Part shown: positions 9,391-19,008 of the stretch, piece by piece
Layout of the letters: the number at the start of each line of letters is the position of its first letter
Position numbering within the stretch: the first letter of the stretch is position 1
Source of the DNA: an uncultured Desulfococcus sp.
GTDB lineage: Bacteria > Desulfobacterota > Desulfobacteria > Desulfobacterales > Desulfosalsimonadaceae
DNA: 31,910 nt
Assembly: GCA_964594105.1 (NCBI GenBank)
Contig: CAZQLG010000001.1
Coordinates: 1 to 31,910 of the forward strand
Reading direction: 5' to 3'
The notes under the pieces: model-generated
The model's input: only the letters and a program-made list of their open reading frames with translations
What the model was told of the DNA's origin: nothing
The model's database searches: none
Translations under genes and position numbers: made by a program

Positions 9391-10546
9391 CGCAGATTCT
9401 CTTGAAGCATTAAGCAGTATTCTGGATCACCGGGAAGCGGATTTACTGGCTGATTTTGCCACACGAAGCATAGATGGCATTCGCAGATTTCCGGAAAAAC
9501 GGCTTGAGCGTGACTACCGGCAGAATTTTGCGGTTGATGTGGATCGTATTCTCCATTCAATGGCCTATACCCGCTATATTGATAAAACACAGGTTTTTTA
9601 TCTGATCAAAAATGATCATATCACGCACCGGATGCTCCATGTTCAACTCGTTTCCAGGGTGGCCCGAACGATTGGCCGGTTTCTTGGGTTAAATGAAGAC
9701 CTGATTGAGGCCATTGCCATCGGCCATGACATTGGACACCCCCCCTTTGGTCATGATGGCGAACGATTTTTATCAAACATATGCACTTTATGTAATATCG
9801 GCGGTTTTCACCACAACGTTCAGAGCGTGCATTTTTTGGACGCCGTTGAACGTAAAGGACGCGGCTGGAATCTATGCCTGCAGACGCTGGATGGGATTTT
9901 GTGCCATGATGGCGAAATCCATAACCTGCGGGTTGGGCCCATGGCCGGGAAAAAATTTTCAGATCTTGAATCAGAAATGGCGCACAAGAAATCCGGTGAT
10001 CCTGTTCGCCTTATTCCCATGTCTATGGAAGGATGCGTGGTTCGATTTTCGGATACAGTCAGCTATATTGGAAGGGACATTGAAGATGCCATCCGGCTGG
10101 GTCTTATTCATCGTTCTGAACTGCCTGCCGAGAGCGTGAGCCGTCTGGGTGATACAAACGGTAAAATTGTATATTCTCTGGTTACGGATATTATTTTAAA
10201 CAGTTACAAAGAACCTTACGTCTCTTTCAGCCCTGAAGTGTCTGATGCCTTAAAGCGTTTGAAAAAATTTAATTACGATCGGATATATATGAATCCGGTT
10301 ATTAAAAAGGAATTAAGTAAGATCGAGCAGCTTTTTAATGAACTGTTTGCCCGGTTTCTGGGTGATATTTCAGAAAAAAAGAGATCTTCGCCTGTTTTTA
10401 AAAATTTTATTAACGGCATGTCTGATGACTATATGGCCGCTCATTGCCCGGCGGAAATCGTCAGGGATTTTATTGCGGGCATGACGGATCAGTATTTTTT
10501 ACGGCAATTTCCTGAGGTGCTGCGGCCGAGGCCTATCAGGCTTTGA
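9371..10546 (+). CDS. HD-superfamily dNTP triphosphohydrolase (dGTPase-like), about 391 aa
   Basis: RQNFAVDVDRILHS...KTQV, HRMLHV, HDIGHPPFGHDGE, HNVQS, RFSDTVSY, DFIAGMTDQY. Overlaps the end of the ATP-grasp gene; start is 9371 (TTG) or 9377 (ATG). Confidence 0.85.
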   Translation: MVMAKYSADSLEALSSILDHREADLLADFATRSIDGIRRFPEKRLERDYRQNFAVDVDRILHSMAYTRYIDKTQVFYLIKNDHITHRMLHVQLVSRVARTIGRFLGLNEDLIEAIAIGHDIGHPPFGHDGERFLSNICTLCNIGGFHHNVQSVHFLDAVERKGRGWNLCLQTLDGILCHDGEIHNLRVGPMAGKKFSDLESEMAHKKSGDPVRLIPMSMEGCVVRFSDTVSYIGRDIEDAIRLGLIHRSELPAESVSRLGDTNGKIVYSLVTDIILNSYKEPYVSFSPEVSDALKRLKKFNYDRIYMNPVIKKELSKIEQLFNELFARFLGDISEKKRSSPVFKNFINGMSDDYMAAHCPAEIVRDFIAGMTDQYFLRQFPEVLRPRPIRL

Positions 10547-10597
10547 ATCTGGAGCAGATTGTGGAAATCGAACCTTGAGCAATTTAAGCGATGATTG

Positions 10598-11320
10598 ATG
10601 TACGAGAAAAGAACGTATCGTGACTTAATTAAAGTCGGCGACCTGGTGTCCTTTGGCGTGTCGGTCAAGGAAACCGATTTGTGGATTTTCGCGGACCGGG
10701 TGCTTGAAAGCAAAGCAAAAGAACATGTTTTTAAAATCAGGGGATACATCGAATCTTATATCCAGTCGTATCCCGGATTTCTTAAAACGCTTGTTCCATG
10801 GGGTGTTGATGCGCCGACCCCATTGATTGTCCGGGAAATGGCGGAAGCCGGTATCCGGGCCGGCGTTGGTCCTATGGCTGCAGTGGCCGGAGCGGTTGCT
10901 GAATCGGTGGGCATAGAGCTTCTGGCGTATTCGAATGAAATTATCGTGGAAAACGGCGGCGATATTTTTATTAAACTGAATCGGCCGTTCACCTATGCCA
11001 TTTTTGCCGGTAAATCCCCTTTAAGTATGCGTTTCGGAATTCGTTTGAATTCCCCGGGTACACCGGTTGCCGTGTGTACGTCATCGGCAACCATCGGTCA
11101 TTCTTTTAGTGCCGGGAAAGCGGATGCCGTATGTGTCGTATCCGACGCATGCGCTGTCGCAGATGCCGCAGCTACTTCAGTCTGCAATCAAGTCACGTCC
11201 GAAAAAAAAATTCAGCAAGCCATTGATTTCGGGAAACAGATTGATGGCGTTTCAGCAATCGTTGTCATTGCCGGAGAGGAAATGGGGTTATGGGGGAACG
11301 CGGAGATCGTCCCGCTGTAA
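10598..11320 (+). CDS. UPF0280 family protein (ApbE-like fold), about 240 aa
   Basis: VSVKETDL, VGPMAAVAGAVAE, IIVENGGDIF, VCTSSATIGHSFSAGKADAV, ADAAATSVCN. Confidence 0.85.
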   Translation: MYEKRTYRDLIKVGDLVSFGVSVKETDLWIFADRVLESKAKEHVFKIRGYIESYIQSYPGFLKTLVPWGVDAPTPLIVREMAEAGIRAGVGPMAAVAGAVAESVGIELLAYSNEIIVENGGDIFIKLNRPFTYAIFAGKSPLSMRFGIRLNSPGTPVAVCTSSATIGHSFSAGKADAVCVVSDACAVADAAATSVCNQVTSEKKIQQAIDFGKQIDGVSAIVVIAGEEMGLWGNAEIVPL

Positions 11321-11540
11321 TACAAAATCTTGTGATATTTTATATTCGAAAAAACGGTTGAGTTTTTATATTAAAAAAGTCAATATACCAAATTACAATG
11401 TGGTATTCAGTGAGTGTTTGAATGATCGCATGGGTGTCCGTTGTTTTCAAAAAATTCGGTGTTTTATAAGAATAGCCGTCCCGATTTCGTTTTAGGGGGA
11501 ATCATTTTGTACCGTCAACCTGAAGATGGAGAAATTTAAA

Positions 11541-11915
11541 ATGAAAAAGGTTAAGATTGCTTTTTGGCTGATTTTATTGGGTCTGACAGGGCTTGTTTTT
11601 TGGGGGAGTCATTCTTTTCTCCTTAAAAAAGAAGCGCTCGTAATTGATTATTTTATTGATAGTTATTCTTTTCCGGAACAGCAAATTGCCCTTTATTTTT
11701 TGATTTTTTTTCTTGTGGGGCTGCTTATTTCTTATTTCAGCAGCCTGTCAGAACGGTTTGTCGCGCGAAAAACCATTCGCAAATTAAATGATGAATTAAC
11801 AATTGCCGGGAAAAAGGTTGCTGACCTGGAAGCCAGTCTTGAATCACGGAAAGCAGCTGATTCAAATGCTGACCATACAATTACCAGTGGATCGGCAAGT
11901 GTCCCTGAATTATAA
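11541..11915 (+). CDS. LapA-like (lipopolysaccharide assembly protein A domain) membrane protein, about 124 aa
   Basis: Two hydrophobic segments (IAFWLILLGLTGLVFWG; LYFLIFFLVGLLISYFS) followed by a coiled-coil; GGAG upstream of the ATG at 11541. Confidence 0.6.
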   Translation: MKKVKIAFWLILLGLTGLVFWGSHSFLLKKEALVIDYFIDSYSFPEQQIALYFLIFFLVGLLISYFSSLSERFVARKTIRKLNDELTIAGKKVADLEASLESRKAADSNADHTITSGSASVPEL

Positions 11916-11961
11916 GTAACTTAATTTTTTAAAGAGCATTTCGGTTCGAAAAATTTTGTCC

Positions 11962-14622
11962 ATGACGCAGCCTAAAATTACTCCCATGATGAAGCAGTAC
12001 CTATCGATAAAGGAACAGTATATGGACTATATACTGTTTTACAGGATGGGGGATTTTTATGAAATGTTCCTGGAGGATGCGAAGACGGCATCCCGCGAAC
12101 TTGAAATTACATTAACCGCCAGAAACAAGAAAGATGATAATGCGGTCCCTATGTGCGGTGTCCCTGTCAAGGCGGCGGAGGGGTATATCTCAAGACTGAT
12201 TGACAAGGGATATAAGGTTGCCATCTGTGAACAGACAGAAAATGCATCCAAGGCAAAAGGACTGGTCAAAAGGGATGTTGTCCGTGTGGTTACCCCGGGC
12301 ATGGTCATCAATGATGCGCTTTTAGATGAAAAATCAAACAACTTTGTTTTAGGGGTGACACGACATAAAGATTTTTTTGGACTTTCTTGCCTGGATTTAT
12401 CTACCGGAACATTTCGGGTGGCTGAAACAGACAGCCCTGAATCGATTATTGAAGAAACCCATAAAATATCGCCCAATGAAATAATTCTGGCGGAATCCGT
12501 AAAAACCGATGCTTTTTTTTCTTTTTTTTTAGAATCCTTTTCCCAGACATCTGTTACATTCCTGCCGGATCGGGTTTTTTCTTTTCGTGAAGCACGCACC
12601 CGCTTGCTTGAGCAGTTTAACACCCGAAGCCTGGAAGGTTTCGGATGTGAAAAACGACATGCCGGGATTTGTGCTGCTGGCGCCCTGATTTTTTATGTTC
12701 AGGATGCGCAAAAGCAGGAAATCAAACACCTCACAGGCCTGGAAACATATGTTCTGGATCAATACCTGTTAATCGATGAGGTCAGTTTTAATAATCTTGA
12801 GCTGTTTAAAAATTTAAAAACCGGTTCGCGCCAAGGGACGCTGCTTGGCGTGATGGATGCCACCGTCACTGCCATGGGGGGAAGGCTTTTAAAAAAATGG
12901 CTACGGTACCCCCTGGTGGATATTTCAGAGATTAACGCCCGATTAGATGCGGTTGAAGAAACAAAGAACAAGATCGCCATCCGTAAATCCATTCGGGGAC
13001 ATTTAAAATCGGTTGCCGATATTGAACGGCTGGCCGGCAGAATTTCCATGGGATATTCAACCGCCAGAGATCTGCTGGCGTTGAAGCAATCCATTTTTGC
13101 CTTGCCGGAGATTGTCCTGGAATTAAAGCACCTGACGGCTGATTTGTTTCAATGGGATGAATCAAATTATTCACCGTTGAAAAAAACAGCGGAATTGATC
13201 GAAAGTGCCATTGTGGATGCCCCTCCGCCAACGGTCAATGAAGGCGGGATGATCAGATCGGGTTACAATCAGGAACTTGATGAACTGATAAAAATCTCCC
13301 GTGATGGGAAGGGATGGCTGGCGGAACTGGAATCAAATGAACGGGAAACAACCGGTATCGGGTCACTGAAAGTAAGATACAACCGGGTTTTCGGCTATTA
13401 TATCGAGGTGTCAAAAAACCAATCAAAATCAGTGCCCCCGCATTATGTCAGAAAACAAACCCTGGTAAATGCGGAAAGATATATCACGGATGATCTTAAG
13501 AAATTTGAAACCAGGGTGCTGGGTGCGGAAGAGAAACGTGCTGCCCTGGAGTTTGAGTTGTTTCGCGAAATAAGGGCGCATGTGATAGACAATAATCCCG
13601 CGATTATGCGAACTGCCCGGTTTATCGCAAAACTGGATTGCCTTTTAAGCCATGCAGCGGTTGCCGACTTAAATGATTATGTTCGTCCGGAAATAAATAC
13701 CGACGGGGTGATCCACATAGAAGACGGCCGCCATCCGGTGGTTGAAAAATTGCTGGCCGGTGAACGCTATGTACCCAATACCATCCATATGGATAACCGG
13801 GACCAACAGGTGTTGATTATTACCGGGCCCAATATGGCCGGTAAATCGACAGTTTTGCGTCAGGTGGCGATTATCGCACTCCTGGCGCAGGCAGGTTCTT
13901 TCGTTCCGGCAAGTTATGCGTCTGTTTCGGTGACTGATAGAATATTCACCCGTGTCGGCGCGTTGGATAATTTGTCCCAGGGGCAGAGCACATTTATGGT
14001 GGAAATGGAGGAAACAGCCAATATAATGAATAATTCATCGCCTGCCAGTCTGGTGATAATGGATGAAATCGGGAGAGGGACGAGTACGTTTGACGGGCTG
14101 AGCATTGCCTGGGCCGTGGCGGAGTTCCTGCATGACCTGCGCGGTGCCGGGGTTAAAACGCTTTTTGCAACCCATTATCATGAATTGACGGACCTGGTAA
14201 AGGTCAAGCCGCGGGTGAAAAATTTCAACATTGCGGTTAAGGAATGGAATGATGAAATTATTTTCCTGCACAAAATTGTTGAAGGCGGTACCAATCGCAG
14301 TTATGGCATACAGGTGGCGCGCCTGGCGGGAATTCCGGATAAAGTGATTAAACGTGCAAAAAAAGTGCTTTCAAATATTAAACATACCGGACATGTTTTG
14401 GGAGCCAAAGAAGACACCCGTGACGAAAAGAAATTATCAAACAGCGGCCAAGTCCAGCTGAGCCTGTTTCGGGCACCGGAAAATGTGATTTTTGAAAAAT
14501 TAAGAGAGTTGGATATCGCCTCGATGACACCGCTTGAGGCACTCAATTATTTAAGCCGGCTGAAGGAGAAAGCCGGTGGTGGGGCCATGGAACCGGTTAT
14601 AAAAAAAATATCTGATCATTGA
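11962..14622 (+). CDS. mutS: DNA mismatch repair protein MutS, about 886 aa
   Basis: TPMMKQY, FYRMGDFYEMF, Walker A TGPNMAGKST, QGQSTFMVEM, MDEIGRGTST, FATHYHEL, SYGIQVARLAG. Confidence 0.98.
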   Translation: MTQPKITPMMKQYLSIKEQYMDYILFYRMGDFYEMFLEDAKTASRELEITLTARNKKDDNAVPMCGVPVKAAEGYISRLIDKGYKVAICEQTENASKAKGLVKRDVVRVVTPGMVINDALLDEKSNNFVLGVTRHKDFFGLSCLDLSTGTFRVAETDSPESIIEETHKISPNEIILAESVKTDAFFSFFLESFSQTSVTFLPDRVFSFREARTRLLEQFNTRSLEGFGCEKRHAGICAAGALIFYVQDAQKQEIKHLTGLETYVLDQYLLIDEVSFNNLELFKNLKTGSRQGTLLGVMDATVTAMGGRLLKKWLRYPLVDISEINARLDAVEETKNKIAIRKSIRGHLKSVADIERLAGRISMGYSTARDLLALKQSIFALPEIVLELKHLTADLFQWDESNYSPLKKTAELIESAIVDAPPPTVNEGGMIRSGYNQELDELIKISRDGKGWLAELESNERETTGIGSLKVRYNRVFGYYIEVSKNQSKSVPPHYVRKQTLVNAERYITDDLKKFETRVLGAEEKRAALEFELFREIRAHVIDNNPAIMRTARFIAKLDCLLSHAAVADLNDYVRPEINTDGVIHIEDGRHPVVEKLLAGERYVPNTIHMDNRDQQVLIITGPNMAGKSTVLRQVAIIALLAQAGSFVPASYASVSVTDRIFTRVGALDNLSQGQSTFMVEMEETANIMNNSSPASLVIMDEIGRGTSTFDGLSIAWAVAEFLHDLRGAGVKTLFATHYHELTDLVKVKPRVKNFNIAVKEWNDEIIFLHKIVEGGTNRSYGIQVARLAGIPDKVIKRAKKVLSNIKHTGHVLGAKEDTRDEKKLSNSGQVQLSLFRAPENVIFEKLRELDIASMTPLEALNYLSRLKEKAGGGAMEPVIKKISDH

Positions 14623-14676
14623 TTCAAGAATTTTAATTAAATTATATTTAAGAATGTCAACATACTGTTGTTTTTT

Positions 14677-16329
14677 ATGTCAAAATCAAAAACTTTCATA
14701 ACGATATTAATTTGTTGTACAGTTTCAGTGTTTTGGTCATGTGCCTCATCCGGTTCAACATCAAAGAATCTTTTTTTTCAGGCGGAAGCATGTCGGAGCG
14801 AACTTCGGAAGAGTCCTGATAAACAGAAATATCGCAGCTACTGGTTCGGGTGCATTCGAAAATTCGAAACAGTCTATCAGCAGGACCCGTCGGGACCCTG
14901 GGCGGCTGCGGGCCTGTTTAATATGGGCAGTCTTTATGAAGAATTGTACAAACATTCTTTCAAGGATGGAGACAAGCAAAAAGCAAAAGCATTATTTGAA
15001 AAAATTATTCATCAATACCCGGACAGCGCATACTGCAAAAAATCGAAAAACAGATTAAAGGGCGATATTCAATCGCTTATCTTGAGCAGCGAAATCCAAA
15101 AAACGAAGGCTCCGGTTGTTTCAACCAAGCAAACAATTGTTCCAATCAAGCAAACAACGGTTTCAGTACCTCCCGAACAAGAAAAAAAATCCGGGCTGAC
15201 GACCGTGACCGGCATCCGGTACTGGTCGAATCCTGAATACACAAGAGTTGTTATTGATGCTGACCGGGCCACGCCATTTCAGAACAACCTGTTGAAGAAA
15301 GACCCTGCAAGTGATAAATTCCACCAGCGCCTTTATATTGATTTAAAAAATAGTCGCCTGGGGTGTACCAAAAAAGCCATACCGATTAACGATAGCCTTT
15401 TGAAGGCGGCCCGGGCCGGTCAGTATACGGCGGATACGGTTCGCGTGGTTATCGACATCAATTCTTTTGAAGATTATAATATTTTTTCACTTTCTAATCC
15501 TTTCAGGATTGTTATTGATGTCCGGGGACGGGCTTCTGCAAAAATAACTGCTCCTGGGAAAGATCGTAATAGCCCGGATACAGCATCTATTGCGAAGCAG
15601 TTGGCATTGGGGGTCGATCGGATAGTAATTGACCCCGGGCATGGCGGTAAGGATTATGGCGCACCAGGTTATTTGAAGGGCGTGCATGAAAAGAAAATTG
15701 TTTTAGCGATTGCAAAAAAGCTGGCTGAGAAAATTAGACGGGAACTGGGGTGTGAGGTCATTCTAACACGTAAAGGAGATACGTATCTGACGCTTGAAGA
15801 GCGGACAGCCATTGCAAATACCAAGAGGGGCGATTTGTTTATTTCCATTCATGCCAATGCCTCAAGAAATAAACGGGCCTTTGGGATTGAAACATATTTT
15901 TTGAATTTAACGACAGATGATGAATCCATCACTGTTGCGGCAAGGGAAAACGCGACGTCGGAAAAAAATATCAGTGAACTGCAGACGATATTGAATGATT
16001 TGCTTCAGAATGCAAAAATAAATGAATCCAGTCGGTTGGCGACATATGTACAAAAAGAGCTGTGCCACACAATGAAAGAAAAATATAATCGTATTAAAGA
16101 TAAAGGCGTTAAGCGGGCACCTTTTTATGTGCTGATCGGTGCCCAGATGCCAGCGATTTTGATTGAAACTTCTTTTATCAGCAACAAGACCGAATGCCTG
16201 CGCTTAAAGGATGCATCGTATCAGCGCGCACTGTGTGACGGTATTGTCAACGGTATTCGAAAATACATCAAAGAGACCCAGCCAACGGCATATTTCAGGC
16301 ATCCGGCAAAAGAAGGTCCGCAGGGATAG
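14677..16329 (+). CDS. N-acetylmuramoyl-L-alanine amidase with N-terminal TPR-like region and AMIN domain, about 550 aa
   Basis: Signal peptide with a Cys; helical repeat (AAAGLFNMGSLYEELY...YPDSAY); AMIN TGIRYWSNPEYTRVVID; Amidase_3 IVIDPGHGG, FISIHAN, AILIETSF. Confidence 0.92.
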   Translation: MSKSKTFITILICCTVSVFWSCASSGSTSKNLFFQAEACRSELRKSPDKQKYRSYWFGCIRKFETVYQQDPSGPWAAAGLFNMGSLYEELYKHSFKDGDKQKAKALFEKIIHQYPDSAYCKKSKNRLKGDIQSLILSSEIQKTKAPVVSTKQTIVPIKQTTVSVPPEQEKKSGLTTVTGIRYWSNPEYTRVVIDADRATPFQNNLLKKDPASDKFHQRLYIDLKNSRLGCTKKAIPINDSLLKAARAGQYTADTVRVVIDINSFEDYNIFSLSNPFRIVIDVRGRASAKITAPGKDRNSPDTASIAKQLALGVDRIVIDPGHGGKDYGAPGYLKGVHEKKIVLAIAKKLAEKIRRELGCEVILTRKGDTYLTLEERTAIANTKRGDLFISIHANASRNKRAFGIETYFLNLTTDDESITVAARENATSEKNISELQTILNDLLQNAKINESSRLATYVQKELCHTMKEKYNRIKDKGVKRAPFYVLIGAQMPAILIETSFISNKTECLRLKDASYQRALCDGIVNGIRKYIKETQPTAYFRHPAKEGPQG

Positions 16330-16410
16330 TTCGTTGATTTCGGCGGGATTGGCATTAATTTAAAAATTATCGAAAATAATATTTTTTTAAAAAAAGAATA
16401 AGGACAAAAA

Positions 16411-17775
16411 ATGAATAGCATACAGGCAATTTCAGTTTTTGACGGGCGTTACCGTCGTTATACAAAAGCGTTAAATGAAATATTTTCCGAATACGGATTA
16501 ATTAAGTACCGGGTATTTGTTGAAATTCAATGGCTAAAGTTTTTATTCCAGGAGCTGTCCCTTGAGACTGTCTCTGAAGAAGACATCAAGCGGCTTGATT
16601 CTATTTTTTCTGATTTTAATGTGGCTTCAGCGCTTCAAATAAAAGAAATTGAAAGAGAGACCAATCACGATGTTAAGGCGGTTGAATACTATATTAAACA
16701 GCAAATGACGGCAATGGACATGGGGCATTTGAAGGAGTGGGTGCACTTTGCCTGTACGTCTGATGATATTAATAATACGTCTTATGCGTTAATGGTGAAA
16801 GAAGGTCGGTCAAAGCTTATTGATGACATCGTTTTGGTGATTGAGAAAATTGAATTTTATGCGAAAGAATATAAGGGGGTTCCCATGATGTCCCGGACGC
16901 ATGGGCAGCCGGCAACGCCGACAACGGTTGGGAAAGAATTTGTCAATTATGCCTGGCGATTAAGGGTTGAATTGACAAATTTGAAGCTATTGTATGTCCA
17001 TGGCAAAATGAATGGGGCCAGCGGTAATTTTAATGCGCATCAATTCGTTTTTCCGGATATTAACTGGATAACGGCCAGTGAAAAGTTTGTTTCCCAATAT
17101 TTAGGCTTGACACCCATTTTATATACCACCCAGATTAACCCGAATAATTATATTTCTGAAATATTGCATAATCTGATACGCATCGCTGCAACGATTATTG
17201 ACCTGGACCGGGATATGTGGGGGTATATTTCTTTGGGTTATTTTAACCAAAAAACGATTCCCGGCGAGGTGGGGTCTTCAACAATGCCCCATAAAGTCAA
17301 TCCCATTGATTTTGAGAACAGTGAAGGGAATATGGGAATGGCCATTTCCCTCATGGAACACCTTGCGGTGAAATTATTGAATTCCAGGTTCCAGCGGGAT
17401 TTAACAGACAGTACCGTACTCCGTAATTTAGGCGCTGTTTGGGGGTACCTATTGATTGGGCTGCAAAGCACGATAAAGGGTCTTGGCAAAATTGTACTCA
17501 ACGCCAAAGCCCTTGAAAATGATCTTGACGCCAATCCTGAATTACTGGCGGAAGCGGTTCAGACAGCCATGCGGGTGTTTAAAGAAGAAAATCCCTATGA
17601 AAAATTAAAAGGCCTGACACGGGGCCGGCGAATTTCCACAGAGGATATCAGCCAATTTGTTGATGGGCTTGAAAAGATTCCGGAAGCGTTGAAAGCACGG
17701 ATGAAAAAATTGACAGTGAGTCAATATACCGGGCTTGCTGAAAAACTGGTGGATCATTATTTCAGCAAAATATAG
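16411..17775 (+). CDS. purB: Adenylosuccinate lyase (long, about 456-aa type), 454 aa
   Basis: DGRY, HDVKAVEY, HFACTSDDINN, SRTHGQPATPTT, GSSTMPHKVNPIDFENSEGN, SRFQRDLTDSTVLRN. Confidence 0.96.
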   Translation: MNSIQAISVFDGRYRRYTKALNEIFSEYGLIKYRVFVEIQWLKFLFQELSLETVSEEDIKRLDSIFSDFNVASALQIKEIERETNHDVKAVEYYIKQQMTAMDMGHLKEWVHFACTSDDINNTSYALMVKEGRSKLIDDIVLVIEKIEFYAKEYKGVPMMSRTHGQPATPTTVGKEFVNYAWRLRVELTNLKLLYVHGKMNGASGNFNAHQFVFPDINWITASEKFVSQYLGLTPILYTTQINPNNYISEILHNLIRIAATIIDLDRDMWGYISLGYFNQKTIPGEVGSSTMPHKVNPIDFENSEGNMGMAISLMEHLAVKLLNSRFQRDLTDSTVLRNLGAVWGYLLIGLQSTIKGLGKIVLNAKALENDLDANPELLAEAVQTAMRVFKEENPYEKLKGLTRGRRISTEDISQFVDGLEKIPEALKARMKKLTVSQYTGLAEKLVDHYFSKI

Positions 17776-17917
17776 TTTTTGTTTGATTAAATAAAAGTAA
17801 TACGCTAAAAGATAATATTGTTTATCTGCCAAAAGAGTGTTTTTTGGGGTTCAATATAGTTTTTTTGATTCGTTATCGATGCAGGAACTAAATATATTTT
17901 TAAAGGGGTGATAATAA

Positions 17918-18310
17918 ATGGATTTTACAATCGAATTTGATAAGCAGCAGATTGAGTCAATTGAGAATATCCTGCAGGAAGAGCTTATTGATTTAGGGGT
18001 TCAAAGTGTTATTCTGATGGATCTGGCTGGCAACGTTATTGTTAATCTTGAAAACGGTGGTGCCAGTCATGACGTGTATTCCTTAGCTGCCCTTGCGGCC
18101 GGGAATTATGGGGCGGTCAGTGCAATGGCAAATATTATTGGTGAACAGGAATTTTCTCTTCTTTTTCATAAAGGCGAAGAAGAAAGTATTCATTTCAGTA
18201 AGGTTGTAGAAGATTTATTGTTGCTTACCATTTTTAACAAAAATGTATCTTTGGGCTTTTTGCGTTTAAAAGTCGCCGAAGCGATTAAAAGAATTCAAGT
18301 TTTGATATAG
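17918..18310 (+). CDS. mglB: MglB-like roadblock/LC7 GTPase-activating protein, 130 aa
   Basis: SLAALAAGNYGAVSAMANIIGEQEF...FHKG...SLGFLRLKV closely parallels Myxococcus MglB; immediately upstream of mglA. Confidence 0.9.
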   Translation: MDFTIEFDKQQIESIENILQEELIDLGVQSVILMDLAGNVIVNLENGGASHDVYSLAALAAGNYGAVSAMANIIGEQEFSLLFHKGEEESIHFSKVVEDLLLLTIFNKNVSLGFLRLKVAEAIKRIQVLI

Positions 18311-18390
18311 TCTTTTCTGATGTTGTTTATTGCCGGGAGGGTTTTTATCATCGGCAAAATTTTAACCTATGAGTGCTGGAGGTTGGTGGT

Positions 18391-18996
18391 TTGGCATTAA
18401 TAAATCCGAAAAAGAAGGAGGTCCAGGTAAAAATAGTCTACTATGGTCCCGGCCGAGGGGGTAAAACAACAAATCTTGAATATATTAATAAGAAGTTCAA
18501 AAAACGAATTCAGAATGAAATGGTGACGGTAAAAACGTATGGAGACCGAACTCTGTTTTTTGATTTTTTACCGTTTGATATAGGAGAAATTAAAGGGCAT
18601 AGCATTAAGGTCCAGCTATACACCGTACCCGGCCAGGTAAAATATAATGCCACGAGAAGACTGGTTCTAAGAGGCGTGGATGGCTTAGTATTTGTTGCTG
18701 ATTCAATGGATTTAAGACGTGAAATGAATATTCGTTCGTTACAAAATCTTAAAGAGAACCTGGAAACATTCAATAAAAGTATTTTCAATACCCCGCTGGT
18801 ATTGCAGTATAACAAACGCGATCTGGAAGAAGAAGGCATCCCTATTCTCTCAGTCGATACACTTCAAAGAGATTTGAACAGCCGGTTAAAAGCACCGAGT
18901 TTTGCGGCAAGTGCTGTTAAGGGGGATAATGTCGCAGCAACAATGAAAAAAATTATTGCATTAACCGTCGGATCATTGAGAAAAAAACTTGAATAG
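18391..18996 (+). CDS. mglA: MglA Ras-like small GTPase, about 201 aa
   Basis: KIVYYGPGRGGKTTNL (G1), DRTLFFDFLP (switch I Arg/Thr), YTVPGQ (switch II Gln), QYNKRDL (G4). TTG start at 18391 with GGAGG 7 nt upstream gives MALIN, matching the MglA N-terminus. Confidence 0.95.
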   Translation: MALINPKKKEVQVKIVYYGPGRGGKTTNLEYINKKFKKRIQNEMVTVKTYGDRTLFFDFLPFDIGEIKGHSIKVQLYTVPGQVKYNATRRLVLRGVDGLVFVADSMDLRREMNIRSLQNLKENLETFNKSIFNTPLVLQYNKRDLEEEGIPILSVDTLQRDLNSRLKAPSFAASAVKGDNVAATMKKIIALTVGSLRKKLE

Positions 18997-19008
18997 GAGG
19001 GCAACGCA

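Noticed and set aside
9371-10546. dGTPase as an anti-phage dNTP-depletion system
   Set aside because: The context is housekeeping (rpoH, mutS, purB), with no defence-island or mobile genes; a metabolic role is more parsimonious.
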